Shown in pieces: positions 10,788 to 19,605 of a stretch of 41,146 nucleotides of DNA. A program made the position numbers and the translations under genes. A model generated the notes under the pieces. That model made no database searches. It saw only the letters and a program-made list of their open reading frames with translations, and was not told the DNA's origin. How positions within the stretch are numbered: position 1 is the first letter of the stretch; the number at the start of each line of letters is the position of its first letter. The stretch is from an uncultured delta proteobacterium. GTDB taxonomy: Bacteria; Desulfobacterota; Syntrophobacteria; Syntrophobacterales; Syntrophobacteraceae. Location of the stretch: contig CAWEHK010000016.1 in assembly GCA_963808625.1 (NCBI GenBank), positions 1 to 41,146 on the forward strand, given 5' to 3'.

Positions 10788-11453
10788 ATGGCAGCATTTT
10801 CCGAGACACTCTGGCAGGGCGTTGCGGGTATCTATGACCGCATTCTGGCACATCCCTTTCTGACGGGGCTCACCGACGGCACCCTGGCGGAGGACGCCTT
10901 TCGGTTCTATGCCATTCAGGACGCACTATACCTTCGGGACTTCGCCCGTGGACTGGCGCTGCTGGCGGCCAAGTCGCCCACCGACGACGCCATGATCATG
11001 TTCAGCGACCACGCCAAAACCGCGATTGTCGTGGAGCGTGCGCTGCACGCAAGCTTCTTTGCCCAGTGGGGCCTTGCGCCCGAGGACGTTTATGCCACGC
11101 CACCGGCCCCGAACAACCTGCTCTACACCTCCTATTTGCTGCGCATTGCCTACGAGCGCCCGTTTCACGAAGGGCTGGGCGCCTTCCTGCCGTGCTATTG
11201 GATTTATTGGGAGGTGGGAAAGGAGCTTGAAAAGCGCGGCTCGCCGATATCCGTCTACCAGCGCTGGATCGACACCTATGCCAGCACCGAGTTTGGCGAC
11301 ACGGTGCAGCAGGTCATCGCCCTGGCAAACCGCGTCGCCGAGACGCTGACGCCGGAAGACAAGGCACAGGTGGCAGTCCACTTCGAGATGACTTCCCGGT
11401 TTGAATACCTCTTCTGGGACATGGGTTACCGTCGGCAGGCGTGGGAGGTATGA
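10788..11453 (+). CDS. tenA: Thiaminase II / aminopyrimidine aminohydrolase (TenA_C)
   Basis: HPFL..L.DGTL...FRFYAIQDALYL, LPCYWIYWEVG (catalytic Cys), YQRWIDTY, EYLFWDM. Confidence 0.9.
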   Translation: MAAFSETLWQGVAGIYDRILAHPFLTGLTDGTLAEDAFRFYAIQDALYLRDFARGLALLAAKSPTDDAMIMFSDHAKTAIVVERALHASFFAQWGLAPEDVYATPPAPNNLLYTSYLLRIAYERPFHEGLGAFLPCYWIYWEVGKELEKRGSPISVYQRWIDTYASTEFGDTVQQVIALANRVAETLTPEDKAQVAVHFEMTSRFEYLFWDMGYRRQAWEV

Positions 11454-11559
11454 GTTGAGGAGCAGTTCGAGCTGGAACGCGACAAACGTTCGACTCATCC
11501 AAGGTGGTCAAGGTCCTCTCCTGGCTCTTTTGCCCGTTCCCGTCAGTGAGTCTGGCGCT

Positions 11560-11700
11560 GGGCTCAAGGTAGGAATCCGGGAAGAATGATCCGTGTTTCG
11601 GGTCAAGAGAGGCCGTTTTCGGGCGATGCTGAAACCAGTGATCAGAATGTCCTGTATGCCGATCTTCCCATGCGCATTCAAGCATTCGAATGCCCATCCG
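11560..11700 (-). pseudogene. C-terminal remnant of a VapC/PIN toxin
   Basis: GKIGIQDILITGFSIARKRPLLTRNTDHSSRIPTL matches the PIN C-terminal pattern (D.LIA..A.....LLT.N..HF.RI). The N-terminus is absent. Confidence 0.6.
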
Positions 11701-11738
11701 TCGAAGACATCAAGCGCTGATCCCAAGTTTAGAGGTCT

Positions 11739-12028
11739 TCAGGAGCAGCAGGCCTTGCCTGATCCTTTGACATTCCGCTCCCTGAGCCATTCATTGATGA
11801 GCCCGGAAGCACAGCCGACCCCGGCGTCAACGGTAATGACCGCAAGAGGGCAGTTCCTGGCGCAGGCGCCGCACTCCATACAGGCATCGCGGTCAACGAT
11901 GCGGGCCCGCTTTGCTGCAAGCTCGAAGACCTGGTGCGGACAGACCTCCACGCACCGGCCGCACCCGGCGCAGCCGTCCGGGCGAGCTCAAGAGTCGTTA
12001 CATCCTTGAGATAACGGAACCCTCTCAT
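11739..12028 (-). CDS. hgcB: Mercury methylation ferredoxin HgcB; frameshift near 11984
   Basis: MRGFRYLKDVTTLEL, then a shifted frame with CAGCGRCVEVCPH...CMECGACARNCP...V.AGVGCA...CCS. Lies directly downstream of hgcA; AAGGAG RBS. Confidence 0.93.
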
Positions 12029-12087
12029 CGATTCTCCTTATACTTTAGTGTTCCTTAGTATGCTCGTTTAGGCTGAAAATCTTCAGT

Positions 12088-12175
12088 TTTACCAGCGGAG
12101 AGCGCAGAGTGCGCAGAGAGATTTTGCTCTGAAATGCTTTGATTCCTCTGCGATCTCAGCGTGCTCTGCGGTTAA
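12088..12175. repeat. Palindromic element built from 9-nt CGCAGAG-type units, between hgcA and hgcB
   Basis: GCGGAGAGCGCAGAGTGCGCAGAG...CTCTGCGATCTCAGCGTGCTCTGCGG; related to 35156-35225 and about 27690-27718. Confidence 0.7.
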
Positions 12176-12235
12176 TTCCGGTCCACCAAGATGAACCTTT
12201 TCATCTTTAACGTTATAGCCAGCAGGTCGATAGGG

Positions 12236-13393
12236 TCACAGGAATTTTCCCACCACGACCAGCAGGAGGCTGACCACCAGAGCGCACCCCATGGCCGGAA
12301 TGGCAACCCGCATCTCCTTCTTTACCCCGGAACGGGAGGTAAAGGTGGTGCAGCCGGTGAAGTTGAGCGTGTAGAAAGCGCTCACTGCCGGCAGCGCGAG
12401 GAAGGCGGCGATGGTTACCGGGATGCTCCAGGCGCTGCCGCCGGCAAGCAAGTACCAGGCGGTGCTCCAGACCAGCCCGGCGATGGCGCCCTTGACGGAA
12501 AAACTCCTTCCCGGAAGCCAGGGAAGGAGAAGCGGCCCGAGAACGATCCCGGTGAAGACCGCTCCAAGATAGGCGATACTCACCTTTATGCCGGTTGCGA
12601 AACTGCCCAGGAGGGCTCCCAGGATGAACAGGCAAAGCGTGATGACCGCCGTCGATTTCAGGGCCTGGACCATTTCCACCGGGAGCAATACCAGCCGTTC
12701 CCGAAAGGTAAAGGTCATTTCCCGCATTGCCGCAGTGGTCACCAGGCCGTTTTCGAGATATTGCGGCAGGTCTTCGGCCCTGATGGTTGCATAGCTCACC
12801 ACAAAGCCGGTGCGCCGGGCCACCTCGTGGGCCGCCACGCCGGGCGCGCCGAGGATCGGCAGAAGCAGCCGCCGATGGTTTACAACCTTCGCCAGCCCGG
12901 TCGCACCGATCCGCCGAACCAGTTCCTCCGTGCCGAAGCTTCCCTTCCCGGCCGCGCACCAGACGTTGATGCCGAAGGTCTCCAGCACCAAAAGCCAGGC
13001 ATTGCGCCCGGCCATGACTTTCCGGACGATGTCGTAGCTCATCTTGTAGTTGGCGGTGACCACCACCGGGTCGTCCGGCGTGGGATGGCCGAGGGCATAG
13101 AGACCAGGGGGGACAATGTAGCTCATGCGGCCGATCCCCCAGCGTGCCTTGCAGGCGCCCAGGCGGTCGTTCAGGTCGAGTTTCGTCGATACCCGCGGGA
13201 CCGGTCCTGCTCCGGTCGTCAACCACTCCTGGAAACCGGGGACCTTTTCGTCTATTTTCCCGCCTCCGGTCGTGGCCGGCGGTCCGCAACAAGGGGGCTT
13301 GTCCGGGTTATCATGAGGAGGAGGGCCGCAACGTCCGGACAAGACCGCTTTCTTGTCCGCATCCGAGAGCTTTCTGATATCCATCAGTTCCAT
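12236..13393 (-). CDS. hgcA: Mercury methylation corrinoid protein HgcA
   Basis: PGLYALG, VTANYKMSYD, cap-helix motif GINVWCAAGKGSFG, then a hydrophobic C-terminal membrane domain ending NFTGCTTFTSRSGVKKEM. Start at 13393 (GGAG RBS). Confidence 0.97.
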   Translation of the reverse strand: MELMDIRKLSDADKKAVLSGRCGPPPHDNPDKPPCCGPPATTGGGKIDEKVPGFQEWLTTGAGPVPRVSTKLDLNDRLGACKARWGIGRMSYIVPPGLYALGHPTPDDPVVVTANYKMSYDIVRKVMAGRNAWLLVLETFGINVWCAAGKGSFGTEELVRRIGATGLAKVVNHRRLLLPILGAPGVAAHEVARRTGFVVSYATIRAEDLPQYLENGLVTTAAMREMTFTFRERLVLLPVEMVQALKSTAVITLCLFILGALLGSFATGIKVSIAYLGAVFTGIVLGPLLLPWLPGRSFSVKGAIAGLVWSTAWYLLAGGSAWSIPVTIAAFLALPAVSAFYTLNFTGCTTFTSRSGVKKEMRVAIPAMGCALVVSLLLVVVGKFL

Positions 13394-13412
13394 AGAATTT
13401 CTCCATCCCCAT

Positions 13413-13880
13413 TTACTTGCAACACGCAATATTTTTGCCGGGACGTGTGCAACAGCCCGACCTGGCCGCCGCCTCGTTCAAAAGTCCCAGCGACTTGACG
13501 ACGGTCTCCCGCTCGAAGGGAGTCATGGGCGCGAAGATCTGTTCCAGTTTTGCCGCCATATAGCGGTCGATCTGTTCCAACATCCGCAGTCCCTCGTCGG
13601 TCAGCCCCAACAGGCTCACGCGGCGATCATCCGGCCGCACCTGCCGCACGATAAGCCCCTTGCCCTCGAGGCTCTTGGCCTGCCGGCTGAAGGTGGTGAC
13701 ATCCATGCCCAATTCCTCCGCCACCCGCTGCATGGGGGGGTTGCCGTTTCTCCGGATTTCGTAGAGGATGTGGCTCTGGGCCATAGAAATTTGTTCTCCG
13801 CAACATTCGTCGCAGCACGATGCATTCAGCAGCCCAAAACGGCGCACGAATATCTGCAGCGCTTCCCTAACCGATTCCAT
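13413..13880 (-). CDS. Cysteine-rich MarR-family transcriptional regulator
   Basis: Q.HILYEI...VAEELGMDVTTFSRQAKSLEGKGLI.R....DRR...L.LTDEG winged helix. Also CCDECC and C-terminal GCC...ACCK. AGGAGG RBS before ATG 13880. Confidence 0.92.
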   Translation of the reverse strand: MESVREALQIFVRRFGLLNASCCDECCGEQISMAQSHILYEIRRNGNPPMQRVAEELGMDVTTFSRQAKSLEGKGLIVRQVRPDDRRVSLLGLTDEGLRMLEQIDRYMAAKLEQIFAPMTPFERETVVKSLGLLNEAAARSGCCTRPGKNIACCK

Positions 13881-13912
13881 GGCGTTCCTCCTTAGAGCCT
13901 TCGTATCATTTC

Positions 13913-13931
13913 TATTTGCATTATGCAAGTA
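13913..13931. promoter_or_regulatory. Palindromic candidate MarR operator upstream of marR-hgcA-hgcB
   Basis: TATTTGCATTATGCAAGTA (core TTGCAT-T-ATGCAA), 33-51 nt upstream of the marR ATG. Confidence 0.6.
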
Positions 13932-14091
13932 TCTCTCGAACGACTCCTGGTTCAAAGACCCTGGATATGCGATCAAGGTAAGGTTTGGTGAAGTCCCAAC
14001 CAAGCCGGGAGAGGCCTCGTGGGAGTGGCGGAAAGGAAGCTGATGCTTATAAATAGAATACGCAAAGCAAATTTAGAGGAGGTGCCAGGAG

Positions 14092-14565
14092 ATGAGATGG
14101 ATTACCCGCGAACGTGTCAAAGTGGATCGCGTGGCCTGTCCATGGCTGATCAAGAGGTATGTGGACAAGGATGCGGAATTTTATTTCGTCGCTGCCGATC
14201 AGGTAATGCGCGAAGCAGAGCGGCTGGGGGCGATTCCTTTCGACGTGCCGGATGTGGAGCTGGGACATCACGGCAAGACCTGTTCCTTCGAAGCGATTCT
14301 TCAAAAGTACCAACTGGATAGTGACCCGGTGCTGCTCTTGCTGGGCAGGATTGTCAATGGGGCGGACACGGACAATTCTCTTTACCAGCAGCCCGAAGGA
14401 CCGGGATTGAAGGCCATCGCCGAAGGTTTTCGTCATCTGGGATTCAAGGATGATCATGAAATCAATGCCGCAGAATGGATTGTCTATGACGCATTGCACG
14501 CATACTGCAGGGAAATGGTAAAAGAAGGAAAACTCGAAGCTTGGCATGAGCGGTTTAAAAAATAG
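14092..14565 (+). CDS. Chromate-resistance ChrB C-terminal-domain protein (ChrF-like)
   Basis: MRWITRERVKVDRVACPWLIKRYVD..AEF.FV...GAIPFD...HHGKTCSFEAIL...IVNGAD...YDALHAYC. Confidence 0.85.
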   Translation: MRWITRERVKVDRVACPWLIKRYVDKDAEFYFVAADQVMREAERLGAIPFDVPDVELGHHGKTCSFEAILQKYQLDSDPVLLLLGRIVNGADTDNSLYQQPEGPGLKAIAEGFRHLGFKDDHEINAAEWIVYDALHAYCREMVKEGKLEAWHERFKK

Positions 14566-14889
14566 GTTGACAAATGACACACGACTAGTAGGTCAATCCG
14601 GAATTGGGATTTTGGATTATCGTCCTGCTCTGTTCAATGAGTGCCTTGGTGATGGTCGGGTGAGCATGACCAAGGCATATCACTCCCCAACCTGAAGTGA
14701 AGACCGAGAACCTGTTTCCATCCTCATCCCAGGCGTAAACACCATCCTTCTCTCAGAGGACAGCCCGCGTCAACGAGACAGCACGCCACGATCCTGCCCG
14801 GATGGCTGGCGCACAAGATCTCCGGAGCGGCGCTGGTCGGCATGTTCAGGGTCCGTGGAAAGGCCGTCATGGACCGATCCGAACCGTCC

Positions 14890-15048
14890 TCGATAGGTGC
14901 AGACATAGGCCACATCGGCCTCAGCCTCGATATCAAAGGAGACCTCGGGTTGGACCACGATTTCCAGGCCCTTGGACAAGAGCTTCCAGTCCTCGCCGGG
15001 CAATCTCACGCGGAGGGTCCCTTCTATTAGAACGATGTGCTCTTCCAT
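14890..15048 (-). pseudogene. C-terminal half of pyrimidine/purine nucleoside phosphorylase (PpnP/DUF1255)
   Basis: EEHIVLIEGTLRVRLPGEDWK...VSFDIEAEADVAYVCTY; the N-terminal half is missing. Confidence 0.6.
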
Positions 15049-15637
15049 GGACCGGGATGGCTCCATTTGTTGTGGTCGTCCCCTTCAACTGGCCGGAAAG
15101 GAGACTGATGCGTTACTGCTGAAAGAGCATAACCGAAAGCTCATTCTGGGCAGCGGCGCCTCCGTGCTGGTGACTTCCTGCCCCATTTGTCTGCGTAGTT
15201 TCAAACAGCAGTACGGTCTGGATATGACCATTCTCCACCACACCGAGTATCTCGAGCAACTGGTGAAAGAGGGCCGCTTGAACCCAGGGCATCTGTCCGG
15301 AACCGCGGTCTATCATGATCCGTGTGAGCTTGGGCGGGGACTGAAAGAATACGATTCTTCCAGAGCGATCCTGGATACAGTCGTGTCGCTGCAAATCCCC
15401 AAGCAGGAACGCCACGAAGCGCTCTGCTGCGGAGGAAGCATCGCCGAGCTCGCCATCCGTCCGGCCGAACGGGTGAAAATCGCCGCCGCCGCCGCCCGCG
15501 AGCTCTGTGCCGGCAACCCGGATCATCTCATCACCTCCTGCCCCCTCTGCAAGAAGACCTTCGATGCCGTTTCTCCTGCCAAAGTGAAGGATATTGCCGA
15601 GGTGCTGGAGGAGGCGTGCAAAAGTTCAGCACCTTGA
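15047..15637 (+). pseudogene. N-truncated CCG-domain Fe-S protein (HdrD/GlpC-like)
   Basis: ICCGRP, VTSCPIC, YHDPCELGR, LCCGGS, ITSCPLC; no N-terminal ferredoxin domain. Confidence 0.7.
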
Positions 15638-15939
15638 TGGTCTTGATTTCCAGGGGGCCGGGTATAAACTTTCGCCTTTCAGACGGGGAAGTCTTCATTG
15701 CATGTTCTTTCGAGGACGGATGCTTTGGCAGTATATTCTCTTCCGACAATTAACCTTACCGGCCGTTCACGCCCATAACAATCTACAGGCTTTTGGCCGA
15801 TAATCATTGAATTGCTTGAACATTTTGTTTCTCTCAGGGCCTTTAACCACCTCGGTAGTTGAGTGCAGACGGTAATGGGCTTCCGCTGAGCAAGATCTGC
15901 ATTGTATTTATGTACCACATATGATACAGGATGAGGACG

Positions 15940-16275
15940 ATGGACTGGACGATCGAATACTACAGTGAAGCAGTACAGCAAGAAATCATGTCCCTGCCTG
16001 CAGGGATTCAGGCCAGGTACATTCATTATACGAAACGGATGTTGATCCATGGCCCCAATCTTGGTATCCCCCATACGAATGCAATGGGTGACGGTCTTTT
16101 TGAGCTTCGAATGAAGGCAGCTGAAGGGATAGGCAGGGTCTTTTACTGTACTCTCATTGAGCAAAGAATCGTCATGCTTCACACTTTCGTTAAGAAGACT
16201 CAGAAGACACCGGCCAGAGAACTGGCTGTTGCGAGGAAAAGGATGAAGGAGGTAAAAGTCAATGCTCAGCCATGA
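15940..16275 (+). CDS. RelE/HigB-like (Gp49/DUF891) type II toxin
   Basis: WTIEYY...GPNLGIPHT..MGDGLFELRMK..EGIGRVFY.....IVMLHTFVKKTQKTP. Confidence 0.9.
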   Translation: MDWTIEYYSEAVQQEIMSLPAGIQARYIHYTKRMLIHGPNLGIPHTNAMGDGLFELRMKAAEGIGRVFYCTLIEQRIVMLHTFVKKTQKTPARELAVARKRMKEVKVNAQP

Positions 16276-16552
16276 GGAAATGGTAGGCAAGATGCTGCAA
16301 CATCCTGAGGTTAAGGCCGAATACGATGCCCTTGAGCCGGAGTTTGAACTTCTGGATGAACTATTGAAAGCGAGGGATGAAGCAGGACTTACTCAAGAGG
16401 ATGTCGCAAAACGCATGGGCACATCCAGACCTGCAGTAGCTCGGATAGAGGCAGGGGGAGGCAGCAAGAGGCACTCACCATCCATAGCCACACTTCGCAA
16501 ATACGCAGAGGCGGTCGGATGCAAGTTACAGGTTAAGTTTGTTCGTAAATAG
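16262..16552 (+). CDS. XRE-family HTH antitoxin (HigA-like)
   Basis: EVKAEYDALEPEF...AR.EAGLTQ..VA.RMGTSR.AVARIE...PS..TL.KYA.A. Overlaps the toxin 3' end in toxin-first order. Confidence 0.9.
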   Translation: MLSHEEMVGKMLQHPEVKAEYDALEPEFELLDELLKARDEAGLTQEDVAKRMGTSRPAVARIEAGGGSKRHSPSIATLRKYAEAVGCKLQVKFVRK

Positions 16553-16825
16553 GCTGGAAGTGTGGAGTGGTCATCAATTGCATCGTTCTCGAAAAGATCT
16601 GTGGCCAATAAGGCCTACCGGGTAGCGCGGGCTAACGTATCGAGAACCCACGAGCAAGCGTAGCCACGGACTTGCGAAGAGAATGACAGGACATGTTTCG
16701 TGGTTGTTCGTCGAGTTGATTCGCTGGTTAGCCAATGCCTTGATATGGATAGGTGAGCAGGTCTAATCCCGCATAGAACCGATAGTCACCTGGGCCGGCA
16801 TTGATCAGGATGTCTGCCGTCTGAT

Positions 16826-17065
16826 TCATAAGGTCGCCCATTCACACTCGCGAATGCCTCTAACCCACCTGCTGCTATCCGCCATATCTTCACGGTTACC
16901 CCACATTCCAACAAACGGCTCATCCTCCGATTCTGTCCTCATCGACTCATCGCTTGGGCATGGGGGTTTGTATCGGGTTCGCAAGAAAGCGATAGAATCA
17001 ATCTCTTCACGCTACGCTTCAGGAGGCAGCGATTTGATGTCGCGCCATAGTTCTTTCTGGTTCAT
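16826..17065 (-). pseudogene. DUF2281-type antitoxin with an internal TAG; possible PIN remnant follows
   Basis: Manual translation MNQKELWRDIKSLPPEA*REEIDSIAFLRTRY...EPFVGMWGNREDMADSSRWVRGIRECEW; TAG at 17012-17014. Confidence 0.6.
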
Positions 17066-17113
17066 CTCGCAACCCCATTTTCCTTGTCCTAACTGCGACA
17101 CAATCTCTCGCCA

Positions 17114-18274
17114 TCAGAGCTCTCCTTTGAAGGCGCGGTCGAGGATTGCGGGGAGGAGGGCGTTGAGCTCTGTGGCGGTCTCGGCTTGCAACTGTTTCAA
17201 CGCGTCAACCTGCACCTGCAGCCCTTCCAGATACGCCACGATCCGGCGTTGCTCCGAAATTGGCGGCAGAGGAACCTGCCACCGAAGAAGGTCTCCCTCG
17301 CGAATGTAGGGATAGAAATTAGGGTCTGCGAGATGATCATCCAAATAACGAGTCACCTGTTGGCCTAGCCATGCGGAAAGAAAGCTCTGTTCAAGTCCAT
17401 CCTTTGCTCGAAGCATCACGGCGTTCTGGTTCAAGACCGCTGGAGGACCGGCCCATTGACACATGGCACCAGTTGAGAAGGAAGTCTTCGCAAGGATAAT
17501 GTCACCAGGCTCAAGCCACACATTTGCGTAGTTGCCAGGGTTTTGAAGATAGACGGTAGGTTGTTTCGTACCGATCTCCTTCAATCTGACCACGGGCACC
17601 TCGCCTGAATCGACAAAATCCTCCGCTTTATACGCAATCCCAGTCTTCTTCTCCGCCACCTCAGCAAGTGTTTTCCGGCGATAACCCATTGCCTCAAAGA
17701 TATTTGTCATGGTTCTCGGGAGAATCTTTTCTGTCTCTTCGGTTGCTTGGCAGCGGAGGGCGCTGGCTTCGGAGATTTTGGCGGCCAGTTCGTCGATCCG
17801 CGCCACGATCCGCCGCTGCTCCTCCAATGGCGGCAGGGGGATTTCGAGGGCAAGGAACGTTGCAACCGAGACGGTTTCGCGTCGTGCTCCAATGCCGCGC
17901 GAGTTCTGCTGTAGCTCTGCCCACACGATTCCACGCCTGCAAAACCATTCGAGAAAAGTTGGCTCCAGTCGCGACCGGTTGGCACGAAGCGTTGGGAACA
18001 CGGGAGAAAGATACCAGCCATCAAACTCTGCTGTGACTCGCGCTATGGCGCCTTCCCAAGCTTTCGGTTGGCTGATTACGTAGTCGTCAGCCACCAGCAT
18101 GTTGTAGGTCTTGTAGATGGTCTCGGCGGGTGAAATCGGGCCTCGCGCGAACAATCCGCGTCCGAAGCTGTAAACCCCTGCCAAGTTGATCTCGGCCAAT
18201 TGCTTACACGGCGTTGCCGTGCTCGACAGCGCCATCACCTCGCCCAACCGCACCCTAGGCCAATCCTTACTCAT
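17114..18274 (-). CDS. hsdS: Type I R-M specificity subunit
   Basis: W..VRLGEV start, two conserved repeats (IPLPPLEEQRRIVARID and VPLPPISEQRRIVAYLE), C-terminal ILDRAFKGEL. Confidence 0.95.
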   Translation of the reverse strand: MSKDWPRVRLGEVMALSSTATPCKQLAEINLAGVYSFGRGLFARGPISPAETIYKTYNMLVADDYVISQPKAWEGAIARVTAEFDGWYLSPVFPTLRANRSRLEPTFLEWFCRRGIVWAELQQNSRGIGARRETVSVATFLALEIPLPPLEEQRRIVARIDELAAKISEASALRCQATEETEKILPRTMTNIFEAMGYRRKTLAEVAEKKTGIAYKAEDFVDSGEVPVVRLKEIGTKQPTVYLQNPGNYANVWLEPGDIILAKTSFSTGAMCQWAGPPAVLNQNAVMLRAKDGLEQSFLSAWLGQQVTRYLDDHLADPNFYPYIREGDLLRWQVPLPPISEQRRIVAYLEGLQVQVDALKQLQAETATELNALLPAILDRAFKGEL

Positions 18275-18463
18275 AGGTTCCTCTTGTTAATGAGGTTCAC
18301 AATGCCCCCCGCCAGGATGTTTTTGTCCTGGGGACGGTCTTCGGCCATGAGCAACGTCACAGCCACCAACGCGTTGCCAACGGAATATCTGGTTCCGTCC
18401 GCAGATGTGGAGATGCTGGGACGCGGCCGTCGGTGCACCATTTGAAATCTCGAGAACGGTGTT

Positions 18464-19247
18464 GGGCGGGGATAAACCCCGCCCCTCCGCACTGGTGGAA
18501 CTCAGGGTATCCCGCAATCGGAGTCAATGGGCGTGAAGCCTGACTTCGATAGTAAAGCTTCGATATCTGGACTGGTACGGATACGCTTTTGCGTTTGCCT
18601 TGAAAAGGTGTTTGGGAAATCGGCAGAATCCCCGTGAACAAATGTAGGGGAGGGGTTTATCCCCTCCCGCGACCCACGATGAGCAAACGCCGATTCGAAT
18701 TGCTTCACGTCTCTACCCTCCCACCGACTGATCGACAAATTCCCTCCAATTGCCCCACACCAGAGAACCAGACCATGGATAGGCAGAAGCGCAATCGACT
18801 ATTCCCGCGCGAACAGGGTTATGCCAGATGTAGCGCGCAACATCGCCCAATGCCTCTTCTTTTCGTAGCGCATGGTCATAAAAACTCCGCTGCCACAACG
18901 CCCGTCCTTTTTCCAGACGACGGGCCTCCGGTGTCAGCTTCCCTTTGAGCAGACGGACAAAATCAACAATATTATTGTCCTGCAAAAGCAGGTGAACGTG
19001 ATTCGGCATGATGCACCATGCAAAAAGAAGGGTTTCGCATTCCCCAGCTATCTTACAGAGCAAATGAGTGGGCCCATCTGCGAGTTCAGGGTGCAATCGA
19101 AACCACGGATGTTTTTCATGTGTCGCGATGGTTATGGAGAAAGCATTACCCTTTTGGTAGCTGTCGGGTAATAAGCGAATTGCTTTTCGGGTCGGCAATT
19201 TTTCCGTCATGCGGGCTCCTTCGGGCGGGGATAAACCCCGCCCCTAC
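18464..19247. repeat. Three GTAG-class REP palindromes flanking the RAYT (consensus GTAGGGGCGGGGTTTATCCCCGCCC)
   Basis: Copies at 18464-18489 (reverse), 18644-18668 (forward) and 19223-19247 (reverse). Confidence 0.9.
18713..19210 (-). mobile_element. REP-associated tyrosine transposase (RAYT/TnpA-REP, Y1 HUH)
   Basis: FSITIAT, AWCIMPNHVHLL (HUH), LWQRSFYDH, YIWHNPVRAG, YPWS. Flanked by REPs; no tnpB. Confidence 0.9.
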
Positions 19248-19605
19248 GTGCTCTGATCTTCCCGCTGCTGACGGGAATGCCCCAGTTGCATTTCAGCAAG
19301 TAGCCAGTAGGAATGGAGACATGTGGGCCACAATAAAGTGACGGCATTATCCTGATTTGCAATGTGCAAATTATACACATTGCATTCATGAACTACCGAG
19401 CATTTCTCGGAGGTTGGGGCCTCAACCATTTTGGTTCCCTTGTAATTGTTGCGCAAGTGCAGGCAAAACTTTACCGTCCATGGCAAACTGTACATTAGTT
19501 ACATGGGTGGAGAATGAACTCGCCCGCTACAAGCTGTGCATTTTTTGCACAGGTAGATAACGATCTCGCCGTCTGTCGCTTCATCCGTTCGCAGCGTCTT
19601 ACCGT

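Noticed and set aside
11739..11750. Selenocysteine readthrough of the hgcB TGA
   Set aside because: The protein already ends in the usual Cys-Cys (CCS), the TGA does not directly follow Cys, and no SECIS is evident.
11975..11995. Programmed frameshift or phase variation in hgcB (or in dsrN, mnmA)
   Set aside because: No slippery heptamer or long repeat tract; window-wide indels point to sequencing error.
12236..13393. CdhD/AcsC corrinoid Fe-S protein or fused HgcAB instead of HgcA
   Set aside because: The NVWCAAGK cap helix, the C-terminal TM domain and a separate downstream hgcB define a canonical HgcA.
18713..19210. IS200/IS605 insertion sequence
   Set aside because: No tnpB; the WQRSFYDH and NPVRAG motifs plus flanking GTAG REPs indicate a RAYT.
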